A DNA stretch of 61,741 bases, the filler included, from Basidiobolus ranarum (Eukaryota): the NCBI GenBank assembly GCA_040143965.1. It is 13 parts of 13 records of this genome, joined end to end, with 100 filler letters (N's around TTAATTAATTAA, not from the genome) between each part and the next. Parts side by side here need not be neighbours in the genome. Positions count along the whole stretch, not along the records: positions 38,117 to 42,764 come from JASJQH010001878.1; positions 42,865 to 47,511 come from JASJQH010001879.1; positions 47,612 to 52,256 come from JASJQH010001880.1; 10 more parts are not named here. The stretch is one strand, 5' to 3'. Position numbers and translations under genes: made by a program. Positions within the stretch are counted from its first letter, which is position 1. Every line of letters begins with the position of its first letter. The notes under the pieces were generated by a model that did no database searches, was not told where the DNA came from, and saw only the letters and a program-made list of their open reading frames with translations. Below, piece by piece: positions 38,590-51,829 of the stretch.

Positions 38590-41187
38590 TCACTGAATGA
38601 ACATTGGGCGCTGTACATCGGGTATTTCATCACACATTTTCTTTCGAAGCCATCCCATTTTCCCCAGAAACAAGCTTGCACTACCAAAATCAACTATAAG
38701 ATCAGAGTCAGACAAGGCCCGAGTGTCGATTGGTCTGGTCTTTCTATCAGTTATATACACGAAAAGATCCCAATCCTCAAGATTCGCCTTGCCTCGCTCT
38801 ATCCTAAAGCCTGAAGGGCTAAGAATATAGGCACCCTCCTCTTTTGAGCGACTGGTTGGACTACCTTTAGATTGCACATATATTGCTGTCAGTTGCCCAT
38901 CGGCTGTTGTTTTTCGTTTCTTGTTCACGGCGCTAGCTGCTATGTTCGGTTGCGAGTTTATTGGTTCTACAAATAAAACAGAGTCTGGACCGGATGCTTG
39001 TGGATAGTTGATGAATGCTACAATGACTTCTTCTTCCGACCTGCTGTTGAGATTTTGCTTGACTGAATCCCGAAGCGAGTCCAATTGAAATCCTGACTCT
39101 ACTCGATTACGTATGAAACATTGTGGAATGTAATATTCTTGCGTACTACGCTCAATATCTTTGAAATGGGCGAAAGATTCGCGTGGAAAAATGTCGACAA
39201 GTCGAAAAGCTGTGTAACCAAGTAACTTGAGCATTTCCAACTTTAACAGTATAATGTCCATATCGTTTCTCTCGTTTTCATCCGATGATAAATGCGTTAA
39301 AACTGAGGTTAGTACATATGGCCGTGATATAGTGTGCTTTTCAAGGGCCGCCTTGAAAATTAAAAATGGTACATCAACCAAGTACTTATCCGCATGTAAA
39401 TCCAGTGCAATAAACCCATTTTCGACAAGTGTTGAGATTCGTATACCCGGCCTGGTTAAATCAGTCAGATTTCCTGAATCATCGCTCGGTATTGGGACGA
39501 TCTTGTCCAAGAAAACAGGCATCTGCAAAACCTGATACGCTGCGAGCTGAGGCATGATTTTCAACACATCTGCGTTGGTGTCCTCATAGAGCTTTTTGGC
39601 GACATCATCAACAGCACGATCGATTAAGCTGATGGGTATTTTGCCGATCAAGCTAGTGTACAGCTGTCGCCACGAAAAATTTCCAGAGATTTTAGCTTTT
39701 CCTAACCGAAATAATAGCTCCACGAATATTCGAATGTGACCACCGGCTAGAAGAAGCCGATTTTTGACTTGCCTGTGGATCTCAAGTTCATGAATATCGG
39801 GAAGAGCCTTTGTAATAAGAAGACGACAAATTTCGCAGAGGTGAGGGTACTGGAGGAGTGGGATGGGGATGACATACTTTCGCGCTCCACTCATTTCCAC
39901 AGTGCTTAGTAACTGTTCTTGGCGCGTACCGACGAAGATCGGCATGAAGATAAATGTATCACGTTCATCAATCATGCTTTGACGATAAGCTGTCATCATG
40001 TTGGTCAAAAACTGCGTACCCTTATCGGAGTTCAAAATAGAATTGGTTTCATCAACGAAAAGAAGAAGAACTGATTTCGATTTTAAGCACATTGTCTGCC
40101 TGATATGTTCAAATACCATGGGTGTAGTGAGATTCAGCAGACTTTTTTTCGCATTTGCACAGATGCTATTTAATAGCTGCGGAGATGCTTTACGGGACTT
40201 CAAAAATGCATAGAGTAAAGGAATGGCGATATTGCCACTCGAAAAAATAGATGTCAACTCATACATATTGACATGTAATGACAAACCTTTATCGTGGCCA
40301 CATCGGAAAGCCTCTTGGAGGGAATCCGGTAGCGAGCGAAAAGATTTGAATAAGGAAGAATCCTTGTTGCTTGCCGGTTGATTTGAACTGATTGTATCAC
40401 CCGCTTTAGAATGCGAGGGTGCCGATGCAGCTGTTAACGCGGACACTATTGAAGCTGTGGAGGTCGCTAGCTCCTCACTACCGTAGGTAGGGGGAGTGAG
40501 GGTCAACTCCTGATAGTTGACAATTGTAGCCAATGCACGAAGGCAGAATGTTGTCTTGCCAATACCTGGGGCGCCCGTTATTGTGAGTAGTCGAGCCTCC
40601 TTCATCACATTAGAAAAATATTCACTAGAGTCTAGATTCGGGTTATCGGTATATTCAAGCAAGGAGTGCATCTCAGCAATGTAACCAACGAGACGGCGTA
40701 ATGCGGATTCTCGATTTACAAACGGAAAAGCCATGGCGAATATGGATAAACTTATAAGTTTATCTTCATTCGGGAGCTCGAACGATTCCCAATTTGTTCC
40801 TAATTTAAAGTTGTCGTAATTAAACCCAGTTAGAAGCTGATTAAGATTGGGCAGCACTTGCTCTGCTTCAATTGCTTTTTCCTGACGGCGTGTTTCTTCT
40901 TCCTGACGACGTTCTGCTACAATTTGAAGCTGTAGACGAAGGAGCTCGACTTCCTCCTGACGACGCGCTGCTTCCTCTTGACGAGCTTCTTCCTGGCGAC
41001 GAAAATGATCATACTGTCCTTGCCCATATGCATTGGCTGCTGAGAGAGGAAGCGTCACATAGTTATTTGCAACGACATCATCTTCAGGAAGGCCCATCAA
41101 CCAATTGAAGGCATCTGCAGTTAAACTTGTTTGATTCCTAGCAAGTTTTTCGTAAAAACCTTCTGACATTGATAAGAAATGAAGCAC
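38590..41187 (-). CDS. P-loop NTPase plus C-terminal restriction-endonuclease-fold protein (Crinkler/CR-effector-like); start at ATG 41169 or an upstream exon
   Basis: Uninterrupted 865-codon ORF with an R/E/Q coiled coil, PFVNRE, Walker A ITGAPGIGKT, Walker B LLLFVDE, AGGHIR, and C-terminal GPDSVLF...IYVQSK...FVYITD. Confidence 0.8.
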   Translation of the reverse strand: MLHFLSMSEGFYEKLARNQTSLTADAFNWLMGLPEDDVVANNYVTLPLSAANAYGQGQYDHFRRQEEARQEEAARRQEEVELLRLQLQIVAERRQEEETRRQEKAIEAEQVLPNLNQLLTGFNYDNFKLGTNWESFELPNEDKLISLSIFAMAFPFVNRESALRRLVGYIAEMHSLLEYTDNPNLDSSEYFSNVMKEARLLTITGAPGIGKTTFCLRALATIVNYQELTLTPPTYGSEELATSTASIVSALTAASAPSHSKAGDTISSNQPASNKDSSLFKSFRSLPDSLQEAFRCGHDKGLSLHVNMYELTSIFSSGNIAIPLLYAFLKSRKASPQLLNSICANAKKSLLNLTTPMVFEHIRQTMCLKSKSVLLLFVDETNSILNSDKGTQFLTNMMTAYRQSMIDERDTFIFMPIFVGTRQEQLLSTVEMSGARKYVIPIPLLQYPHLCEICRLLITKALPDIHELEIHRQVKNRLLLAGGHIRIFVELLFRLGKAKISGNFSWRQLYTSLIGKIPISLIDRAVDDVAKKLYEDTNADVLKIMPQLAAYQVLQMPVFLDKIVPIPSDDSGNLTDLTRPGIRISTLVENGFIALDLHADKYLVDVPFLIFKAALEKHTISRPYVLTSVLTHLSSDENERNDMDIILLKLEMLKLLGYTAFRLVDIFPRESFAHFKDIERSTQEYYIPQCFIRNRVESGFQLDSLRDSVKQNLNSRSEEEVIVAFINYPQASGPDSVLFVEPINSQPNIAASAVNKKRKTTADGQLTAIYVQSKGSPTSRSKEEGAYILSPSGFRIERGKANLEDWDLFVYITDRKTRPIDTRALSDSDLIVDFGSASLFLGKMGWLRKKMCDEIPDVQRPMFIQ

Positions 41188-41399
41188 CTACTGCAAAAAC
41201 AAAACTGAAAAATACAAAATCAATTTGAACTAGGTCACGTGCCCTCGGTGAAAGTTCGCTGACGACAGTTGAGAACATGCGAGTGTACTGACTCCACGTA
41301 ATTGGTCGTGACTAGGTGTTATATGTGTGTGTAAAATTGAACACATTCTTAATCATCAGGGTCCGATTCCGGAGTTGCTTTAATCAAAGTTAGGTATAG

Positions 41400-42764
41400 G
41401 TTAGTGTCAATATTCTTAGTAAATTCCTTATGAGAATAATGGGTAATATCTTAGTGAATTATAAGATAATTAAGTACTAAGCTATATATGAATATATAGG
41501 TGTTTAGTTAATACTAATTTCAACATTCTCCCCCAAGTAAATAGTCATATAAACTAATCCCAAGGAAGGTCTAAATTTCTCAAATTTCTATCTAGCTAAT
41601 GGTTGGTTTATTATGTCAGTAATCATGTCTTCTGTAGAATAATAAGTTAAGTCAATATATGTATTCTCTATAATCTCTCTAATAAAATGATGTCTAATAT
41701 CTATATATTTGCTTCAATTATGAAACACAGAATTTCTGGCTAATTCAATACAACTTTTACTATCTTGAAATATTGTAATTGTTGAATTTTGAGAATAGCC
41801 TAAATCTGTAAAGAGCATTCTTAACCATATTGCTTCTTTTGCTTCTTCATAGGCAGCCATGTATTCTGCTTTTTTTTTCAATGGTGCAATATGTTAAAGT
41901 TTCTGGGAGCCAGTTGGAAGTGGTTTGGAAATTTAGAGAAATTGCTGATTACCACATATTAATTTATTGAGTAGAAAGTTAACATATATAGTTTTATCAG
42001 GAAGCAAACAAACCAATGTGTAGAATATGTCAGGAAAGGTCCCAGGAATATGTGTGCAAAATTAGAGGCATCTAGCACAAGTTTGAAAAATTTATATATT
42101 TCAGAACTTCTAAGTTGGCAAAAATATTTCAAATAAATTCCATTTGAGAATAGCGTATAATATCTTGGTAAGATATAAGATAACTAAGTACTAAGCAATA
42201 TATGACTATATAGATGTTTAGGCAAAGCTAATTTCAATACTCTCCCTCTACTTAATAGTCATATAAAATAATCCTAAGGAAGGTCTCTGTTGAAGTATTT
42301 GGGAGCCTGTTGGAAGTGGTTTGGAGAATTAGAGGAATTGGTGGTTTTCACTTATTGATTTACTGAGTAGAAAGTTGATATTTATAGTTTTGTCAAGATG
42401 TAAACAAACTAATGTGTAGAATAGGTTAAGGAAGTACCCAGGAACATGTGTGCAAAGTTTGGGGCTTCTAGCATAAGTTTGAAAAAATCTATATATCTAA
42501 GAACTTCAATGTTGGTAAAAATATTCTAAGTGAATTCCAATGGAGAATAATTGATAATATCTTAGTGAATTATAAGATAACTAAGTACTAAGCTATGTAT
42601 GACTATATAGGTGCTTAGGCAATGCTAATTTCAACACTCTCCCTCAACCAAAGAGTCATATAAACTAATCCTAATAAAGGTCTAAATTTCTCAAATTTCT
42701 GTCTAGCTAATGGTTTGGTTAGTATATCAGCAATCATGTCTTCTGTAGAACAATAAGTTAAGTC
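41400..42764 (-). mobile_element. Three stacked 3' ends of copia family 2 (LTRs ~41400-41525, 41892-42239, 42288-42636), each with a PPT and an RNase H tail
   Basis: TGTT...AACA LTRs of ~350 bp, PPT TGAGGGAGAG, and DLTYCSTEDMIADILTKPLARQKFEKF. Confidence 0.88.
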
Positions 42765-42864
42765 NNNNNNNNNNNNNNNNNNNNNNNNNNNNNNNNNNNN
42801 NNNNNNNNTTAATTAATTAANNNNNNNNNNNNNNNNNNNNNNNNNNNNNNNNNNNNNNNNNNNN

Positions 42865-44450
42865 ATAGAAAATCTTTGCACCATTGCTGTATCTGCCTGA
42901 GATCTGCCAATCTGAGTTGATGCCCTAAGAATATATTGACAATATCCACAAACAACTCCCAATGTTGCCCATACTTATCAGGCAGATATCTTTTCAAGAT
43001 TCCCCTCAAATATATAAAAATCCAATATTTTCAGTGTTTGCATTTGAATAAATACCTACATGAGCAGATATTGATGGGAGTTCTGGTAAAATATGATGGA
43101 ATTTTGAAGTTTTTAAGCATTTTCCTTTTGATTCAAACTTTGACCCTATCTCAAATGGCTCATTCAAAGCATTTCTGCTTGAGTATACATAAATCCAATA
43201 GTTCCAAGCATAGCATTTAAACCAACACCTGGATGAGTCAATATTTGTTGGAATCCTGGAAAGTATGATGGTACCTTGAAGTTTTTAAGCATTTTCCTAA
43301 ATACATCTAGCTTTGATACTATCTGGTATGGCTTATTCAGATTGAGTTATTCACTCTACAGCTAAGTAAGTAGTATTGGAAAGTTGCTAAAAAGTGAGTG
43401 CACAGTGTCTAATTGGAAGCTCTGGCTATAGCAGATCCCAAGTAACAATATAATCTTAGGCTTATGTCTAATAGCAAGTTTGATCTTAGATTAACTATTT
43501 GTGGAATTGATACCAGTGATCATGTTGAAATCTGACTGGGATTTTTATGATAAGATTATGGAGTTTAGTTTTGTATTTGGATAGTAGTATTGCATAATGC
43601 CTGATAGAGAAGACTCCATTGATTTGACAAAATCTACAGAAAGATAGGTCATTGTGCCTGCAAAAACCTGCAAGTTTACTAATGGCCGGAATGTACCTGT
43701 AAATACAATGATATTAGCTTTTATCAAATACTCACCCATCTGAACCCCATTAGATAATCATTCAAATTCCGCAATCAAAGGAACTAAGAAGCTTTCTATA
43801 AGTACTGGGGATTTAGGTTCAGATATGATGAATAGTATCAAACCATTACAACTCTTATACTGCTTAGAAGGAGGAAGATTTAAGTTCATTAAAGTAATTG
43901 GCCAGCAAGCCTTTCCAATGATATATTCATTTAATGAGAGACCATCCAGAGCCAATACTAATGCATGCTCATATGTATTCTGAAAGAAATCTTGACTTTT
44001 CAGAATCTGATAGTGATATCCTTTAAGTGGATTGGTAATACCATCAGCTTTATCGTGAGTAATTTCTTATTGGATCAATATTCTATATTTGGGTGATTTC
44101 ATCAAAGCTTTAAGATGGTGAATCAATGGTACGTAAGCTGAGTATGAACAATATTTACCTGATTCAGTGATTGCCAATTGCATGCAAACAATACATGACT
44201 TCAGGTTTTTCAGATCACCAGTGAAAGCCAAACAACCATTTGGACATTTTAGGTAGTTTAATTGCTGAAGGATTATAAGTCATATGATTGACAAGTGCTT
44301 TCCACTTGTACCAGATCAGTGCCAAGCAACAGTTACCAATCAACTGTGGTAAAAGTGTAAGAAAACCAATAAACCCCTGATTGCAAAGATTAGATTGAAC
44401 TTCAGATTTTAAGTGAACAGTCTGTCCAAAATGCATTAAAATTGTGATGG
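42865..44450 (-). mobile_element. CACTA/EnSpm-like (Transposase_21-type) transposase relic; homologous fragment at ~46100-46325
   Basis: ALVLALDG...CWPITLMNLNLPP...IISEPKSP..IESFLVPL and QHWELFVDIV; many stops. Confidence 0.7.
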
Positions 44451-46329
44451 TTTTCCTTCAATAACAAAAATTTCATATGGCTCAACCTGGGTTTGTAACA
44501 GCAAATGGCAATTGGGCTAGTATAGATCTGTTTATGAACTTCTTAAAAGTGAGCAATTAGCAACTTGTAAAAGAAAGAAAGAGCAGCTAAAGGTGTACAC
44601 AAGGAGCTGAAAGTTATAAACTCAAGCAAAAAGCAAGGAAGCCAGTTATTTTAGGCTCTATGGACCTACTTACCAGATTCTTCACATATTTACAATAAGA
44701 AGTCAGAATTACTGGCAAAGAGGCTTGATTTTACCATGGAGCAAAGTACACCAGATAGAAGTTTATCCAAAACCTGGCCCCACTCAACAAGCTAAAACAC
44801 CAGCCAGTAAGACTCAAGGCTTGCCAACCTCAAGTGGCTCATTTCAAAGTGTTGAAATTAGCCCCTAACCAAAGGCAAGCAAAAAGTTACCAAAACACCA
44901 TAAAGCATAGTGAATAGTGTCACACTACACAGACAGATTAATCAGCAAAAGTGCTTGAAGAGTATTTTCAAAAGTATGAAGCAAAAATTGCAATGCAAGA
45001 ATGCTGAAAGCAAGCTCAGAAGTACAACATTTAATTTCACATTTAGATTAGTGTTGATCAAGCAGATCTATAGGGAGAACTTACTGCATCATGACACAAG
45101 ATGACATGGTATTTGCCAGATAGCTGGAAGAATTTAGATTCAGCAAAATTAGAACAATGGTAGGCTTTGATAGAGTTATCAATTGAATCTTGTGTTGGAT
45201 ATGAGCTAAACCTTCGATATGAAGAAACCTATAAATATACTTGGGAGAAACAACAATGGAACTATGTATAACTGTGTAAAATTTGAGTTTCATTTTTCAT
45301 GCATGTCTTAATCCATAGTTTGTTGAGATTGTGGCTAATAATATGCACAATTTTGTGAGATCTTGAAATTTCATGGCTGAAACAGAAAAAATTGATTAAC
45401 ATCAAATATAGTTTGGCAATTGTATGATGGTAGGTAAGTAGGAAATCCAATATTGACTAAAATTGTGGTAGTCCTCATGAAATAGTAATACTTATATCTC
45501 TATTAGGGCATCCAAATATAAATTGTTGATCCAATACCAAATACTCATCATAAAGCTAATGATGTTACTTATATGCTTGATGCATATCAGTGCTAGAATC
45601 CAGGAAGTCAAGGTTTCTTTCAGCCTCTAATTGTTCAATTGGAATAGGTATCTAATGGAGTTCAGATGGGTGAGTAATTGTTCAAGCTAATACCTGGGTA
45701 TATGTTGGAGCCACTGCTGCCATCAGTAAACCTGGAGGCTTTTGTGAGCACAATGCATTATCTTGTGATATATTCTATCAGATCAATTGCATTCACTTCA
45801 CCAGGGTGAAGCATTACTACTATCTAAGTACAATGGTAAACTCCCTGATTCAACCATCAAGAGCCTGGCCAAACTTTAACATGCTCACTGCTATCAGTTC
45901 ACCAAATAATCAATCTAGTATCAAACTTGGGATTAACTGTAGGCCTGAAATTTTATTGCTCAAGGGAATCAGGTAGGCACAGAGCTTCACATTAAGCACT
46001 ATGCACCTACTTTTCAACCACATACCAATGCTATCTACTCAGCTGTATAGTTGGAAACCTAATCGGAATGAGCAATAATTAATAGAATCAAAGTTTGAAT
46101 CAACTGGGAAAATGCAAGAAAACATCAAAATACCATCATATTTTACCAGGACTCCTGTCAATATTCACAAACAACTCCAATGGTACTAATACTTATCAAG
46201 CAGAATTCTTTTCAAAATTCCACTTGAATATATACAAATCCAAGCCTTTGGTTTTTGCATTTGAATGACTGCCAAGGTGAGTGGATATAGATAGGAGTAC
46301 TGGTAAAATATGATGGCATCTTGATTTTT

Positions 46330-47450
46330 TATTGAAAATAGGTAAATAGTAACTCCTTATTTGGTACTTTATTCATTTATATTTTGATTATTTAGCACTC
46401 AGTTCTGCAATTCAAAAACATGTGTTTATTGCTCTAATTGATAGAAATATTATTTAAATCACTTTAACTTATCTTCACTATTTTCTCAAAGCTTCTCCAA
46501 ATCGCCTCCATTTTCACCCATGCTTGGCAGCCATGTTTGTTACAATCCAAGCACATTGTATAGTCCAATTTCATAGTAGACTAAAATAGGACATATTCAA
46601 TTCAGTGAAACTAAATGGCTAATTTATAAATCCAAATATTGGCCAAAACACTTCAAAATCCCCAAACACTTTTATCTGGTTATGGGCCCTTAGCTAGCTG
46701 TTAAAGCAATGCCTACCAGTACTATCAAAGTGTTCCTGCATCCACAGAGTAGCTTGCTGGTGAAGACTTTCACCATTGGAAGTTCAAGATGTAAGTGGTA
46801 CTAATAATGAAGGCTATTTGGGATCTGTTACAGGAGAAGAAATAGAGCCAAAGGGACCACTAGAAGCTATCCTTGCATTTAACAAGAAGCAGAGGAAAGC
46901 ACTCTCTACAATTTGTCTACATCTCAGAGACTCTTGATTGGGGCACATACATTCAGTCAAATATGTTGCACCTGCTTAGCAAACACTTAAGGGACTATAT
47001 AAGACTAAAAGTCTGGCTAATAGGCAATATCATAGGCAAAAGTTGCTTTCAATTTAGATGAAATTTGATGATTTTATGCTAAACCATATTGAAGTATTAA
47101 AAACTATGGCAGATCAGCTCTCATCCATTAGGGCATGTCTATATAAAGATGAGTTAGTCATGATACATCTTGGGAGCCTGCCAGATGAGCTTGGAAACCT
47201 CATAATTGGCCTAGAATCCAGATCAGAGCCAATAACAATAGAACATACTGGTCCTAGGTCTTTGAATGAGGAATCAAGGAGATCCAATTTTCAGCAAAAT
47301 AATGCAGAAAAGGCATTTTTTGGAGCTGTAAAACATCTAACAGGCTTCATTAATGGTGACCCTGACAGGAAATCAAACATCTGCAAGTATTGCAAGAAAG
47401 CAGGCCATTTAATCAAAGAATGCAGAAAAGGAATTTTGCCCTATTAAAGC
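46330..47450 (+). mobile_element. Copia family 1 5' end: LTR (46330-46677), PBS and gag with zinc knuckle
   Basis: LTR homology; GGTTATGGGCCC at 46678-46689; LGSLPDE gag motif; CKYCKKAGHLIKEC knuckle. Confidence 0.9.
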
Positions 47451-47984
47451 AAACATTGCTACACTCATTCCCCAATCACCTATTCTATTCATTACTAATG
47501 CTTTAATTGCTNNNNNNNNNNNNNNNNNNNNNNNNNNNNNNNNNNNNNNNNNNNNTTAATTAATTAANNNNNNNNNNNNNNNNNNNNNNNNNNNNNNNNN
47601 NNNNNNNNNNNCTGACACCAGATTGCCGAGAAGGGATGGCACAGTAGATATGATGTCATAATCTAATAATAGAAGAGTTCCATATGCAGTGGATCAGTAT
47701 GCCAAGATCAGAATCATGACACCTTTAGCTGAAGCAGAATTTGAATTATTGGACTTGTTCTCGGTGATAATGCTACATTGTGCTCTTTAGGTCATAAAAA
47801 GATTTTTTCTTACATTTATGTGGCACAATTTGGCACTATCCATCACCCTCTGGCATAATCAATTTTAATCACATTAACTCTAATATATTGATGCAAGGTT
47901 CAATAAGTCTTGACTCATTGTAACAAGTCTATTGAGATATAAGTTAGGTGTAAGAGAAATACAGGAGAATTAGTTGAGTGAGAA

Positions 47985-48335
47985 TGTTGAAATTAGGTAA
48001 ATAGCAACTCATTATTTAGTAGTTAGTTTATTCATATTCTCATTATTTAACACTCATTTCTATCATCCAAAAATGTGTGTTTATTGCTCTAATGGATAGA
48101 ATTATCAATCAGATCACTTTTACCAATTTCCACTATTTTCTCAAAACTTGGCCAAATCACCTCAAATTTTCACCCGTGCTTATCAGGCATGTTTGTTATG
48201 ATTTGAACACATCCAATAGTCCTATTTTAAAGGATGCTATAAATAGAATATATTCAATTCAACAAAACCTAAGTGTCTAAATTGCAAATGCAAATCTTGT
48301 CCAAAAACTTCCAAACCCCCTAAATTCTTTTATCA
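47985..48335 (+). repeat. Copia family 1 3' LTR, preceded by a PPT and ~50 nt of pol tail
   Basis: TGTTGAAATTAGG...TTTATCA, homologous to the other family-1 LTRs. Confidence 0.9.
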
Positions 48336-50289
48336 GAAGTCACTAGTAAGCTTAAAAGCTGGCAAAGAACAGCTGAAACACTCTCAGTCAAACTAGAAGG
48401 GCTTAAGAGAAACACAGAAAATTAAAAAAGCTTGAAAGGAACATGCAGCACAAGAAAATGCTATGAGTAGATTCTTCAGTATCATATACAACTTATTATT
48501 TCTTCCAGAGCTCATAGTGCAGACATCTGGGAAAAATTTACAGGAAAGTGGTATCAGATTGCAACATACCCACTTGAAAGCTGGAAAAATATATGCATTT
48601 CAATGTTATTACAACTGTGGCGCTTGAAGATTTTGCTGATGAGGAGTTGTGTTGGATATGAACCAAATATGTGTTATGAAGCAATTTATTAAAGTATTCA
48701 GTAGAAACCAGGATAGAAACCGGTCGTTTCAAAGCACAAAATTAGGCAGTTAATACTAACTGAGCAAAATTGGACTTGTATTTTTCAAACTTTGCTTGAT
48801 CTTGAGTTGTCCATTACTGAGGCTAATAATGAGGAGCTGTGTTTTAATATTGGAAAATAACAGCTTGCAAGATGTAAAATTAGATTAAACATGCATTTAA
48901 CTTGACATTATATAGTTGTAATTAGATTGCTTACCTCAGAGGGACTAGATTTGTGATGGTACTGTTACATTGAACTTGTCACATTTTGCTAGTATCTGTT
49001 GGATCTTGACTCATTATATTAGTGTCATTGTAATTGAAATTGATTTTAGCAGCGCTTGCTGGATAGAGTCAAATTTTGCTGCTTTGATTTTTGAATACTT
49101 TATCAAATGAGAAATTAATAGGGCAATCTGTTACTCACAAAGGGAGCAATTGCAATACAAATACAGCAATTTCTCTAAAGACTTCACACAGTGTTTGCAG
49201 ATTGTAAAATCATGCTTTATTTGCTAGAAATGTTTGTTGAATGCATATGCGGAAAATGCCACATTGAGCCATATCTGCTATGTTACCCCCTGCAAACCTT
49301 GTCCTGACCATCTCAGCCAAGTTGACCATAAACATCATTCAGTAGAGCACCAAAGACAAATAACCATATATTGGCAAGTATGATACCCTTAGCTGTGGTC
49401 AGGGACTATCATGGGGGCTGGACAATGTGGAGAAATGGTAGAAGACATTTGTACAAACAAGAAAGCCAAATCTTTGCTGAACACTTGTGAAAAACTTGCC
49501 AAATTCCACAGTTAATTAGTGTTAGTAGAAGGAAGAGGAACCTTTTACTTGAAAAATGTATATGTTTCCAGTGATATATTACATATGGCAACATTGCTAA
49601 TTTGAGTATAGGGGAGAAAAGCATCACAATTTTGAGATATACATGCCTAAGCACAAAAGGGCATAGGTTGAAGTGATGCAATATGAAATATTATGTGGTT
49701 TTACTCCACTGGAAATAAACATAACAAATGATAAATGCAGTGTGCCAAATATGTGCATGCCGAGGTCCAAATTGATAGTGCCAAAAAGTGGTAGGATATA
49801 AAATAAGTATTTTGCACATGGTTTTAAATTATGGTTAAAATATTTGTTGTACAAAATACCATGGGAATAGCATCAGCAAACAATAGAGTAGTCCTTTCAA
49901 AAGCAGGCAAAGTTCAAGTGGCAGTTATCACAAATATTTCTGATAGCTTTCCACCAATTTGAAGGGGATTCCATCCAGTGTATCTAAAATTATTTTTCTC
50001 AAGGTTACTAACTGTTTTGCCCCTATTTTCTTCAATACTTTGAAGACCTTCAAAGAGGAAGCTCAAGAAAAACTACTGGGCACAGTTATTGGCTGTTATA
50101 TTACTGGAAAGAACTTTCCAAGCTCAAAGGACAAAGCAGTTGGTGTTGTTTTTCTCATGCTGTACTTTTTTTGCTTGCTTTTTCTGCATAGGAAGGAACT
50201 TACTCTATCCATTGATAAATCCCTACTGGTGTGTCCATGTGCATGATCCTGCTGGCTGAAATCACAGTTATTTTGATTGGATGTCCTGA

Positions 50290-51829
50290 GACCTTTTCCA
50301 GAAATATTCTATATCTTAGTTTGTTTACATGTTTGCCAAATTATAAATGTCAAGTTTAAGTTAAATAAATCCAAAAGTGACCATCACCCACTTCTTGATT
50401 CAGCCAACCCTTTTCCAACAGTCTCTTAAGTTTCTTTACAAGTTGTGAGCCACTCTCTGTAATGTCCACTTCTCAAATTTTTAAACATTTTCCTGTTCTG
50501 AATGATTGGATTCAACCAATTATTGAGTATTGAAAATACAAAAGAAAATGTTGTTGCTAGAAGAAGGACTTTTAGATACTACTGCAGGAGAAGAACACCG
50601 CGCCAAACTATCTGAAGCCAAAGTTTTAAACAATGCTTTTAACACAATTTATTGTAATGTTAAAGAGAGATTTCAAATTTGATGTTCAAGAGCTAAAGCT
50701 GTCAAGAAGGTATGTCAAGCCTTTAATGACACCTACAAAACATGTTCTGCTGCCATTCAATCACCAACAATTAAAGTCAATTTGTTAGTGTATAAAATTT
50801 AAGGAATTGGAATACATATAGCTAATCACCATATCATAGTTGCAGTGCTGTATAGAGTGCCACATAAGTATCACAGCCTGGCAATGTTTCTAGAAATAAG
50901 AACTGACAACCTTACCTTAAATTCTGTACTTGGCATACTTCTGGATGAAGATTTTTATATGTCAGGGTCTAGCCAAAAGAAAGAAGAAAATGCTTCAATA
51001 GGCTATGGTCAATCTTCCTATAAAGGTCAATAACACTTGAAGAATGACAAAACACTTTGTGATAGCTCTAGATGCACTGGCCTTTCAGCAACAATTGCTT
51101 TAAAGGTTTTGTGAAGGAAGAAAAGTGCATCCAATGTGGGAATGTGGTTACAACAGAAGAACACTTGTTAAGTTACTCTCCCTATGACTATCAACAAGGA
51201 CTCTCTGCTATGGTATATTGACTTGAAAGCTTCCCAACTTTTCACCCAAAAATATTGGTGTGTGGATTATAAATAAATCCAAATTAAAGTGGTTTATATG
51301 ACAAATGTCCATTCATTGGATCCCATTGGAACAAGTACAGTAGACATCAGTTTATCTGGTGCTTTTGAAGAATGCCTGCATATTTTTAAAGATAAGGTAC
51401 ATGCTCAATGTATTGTCATGAATATATATCTGTATGCAAGACCACTCTATATCAACTAAAATTCAATTTCTCAAATGAGAGTGCTCTAGCAGTAATCTAC
51501 ATTTGCAGTATTAAGCTTTAGGAGGAAAGGATCAGTACTTAAACAAGCTCAAATAGGATCTCAGTGGTTGTATGAGTAAATATGGATTATTCAATCAAGA
51601 AAATTTTTGATTACAGCTCAAGAGAATTTGCCATATTGGAATTGATTTTTGAGCCAAATGACTTGAACACATATTCCTGGGATCTTCCCTGACATATTCC
51701 ACATGTTAGTTTTCTTACATCTTACAAAGATAAAAATGTGAGCTTTCCGCTCAATAAATGAATAAGTGAAAGCCACCAATTTCTCTCATTCTATATATCA
51801 CTTCAAGCAGGCTGCCAAATCCTTTAACA
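50290..51829 (+). mobile_element. Internally deleted copia family 2 relic (partial LTR, degenerate PBS, gag/protease remnants, partial LTR)
   Basis: 50290-50440 and ~51590-51829 resemble the reverse complement of 42288-42636; agttgtgagcc follows the first LTR; gag-like remnants lie between. Confidence 0.6.
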
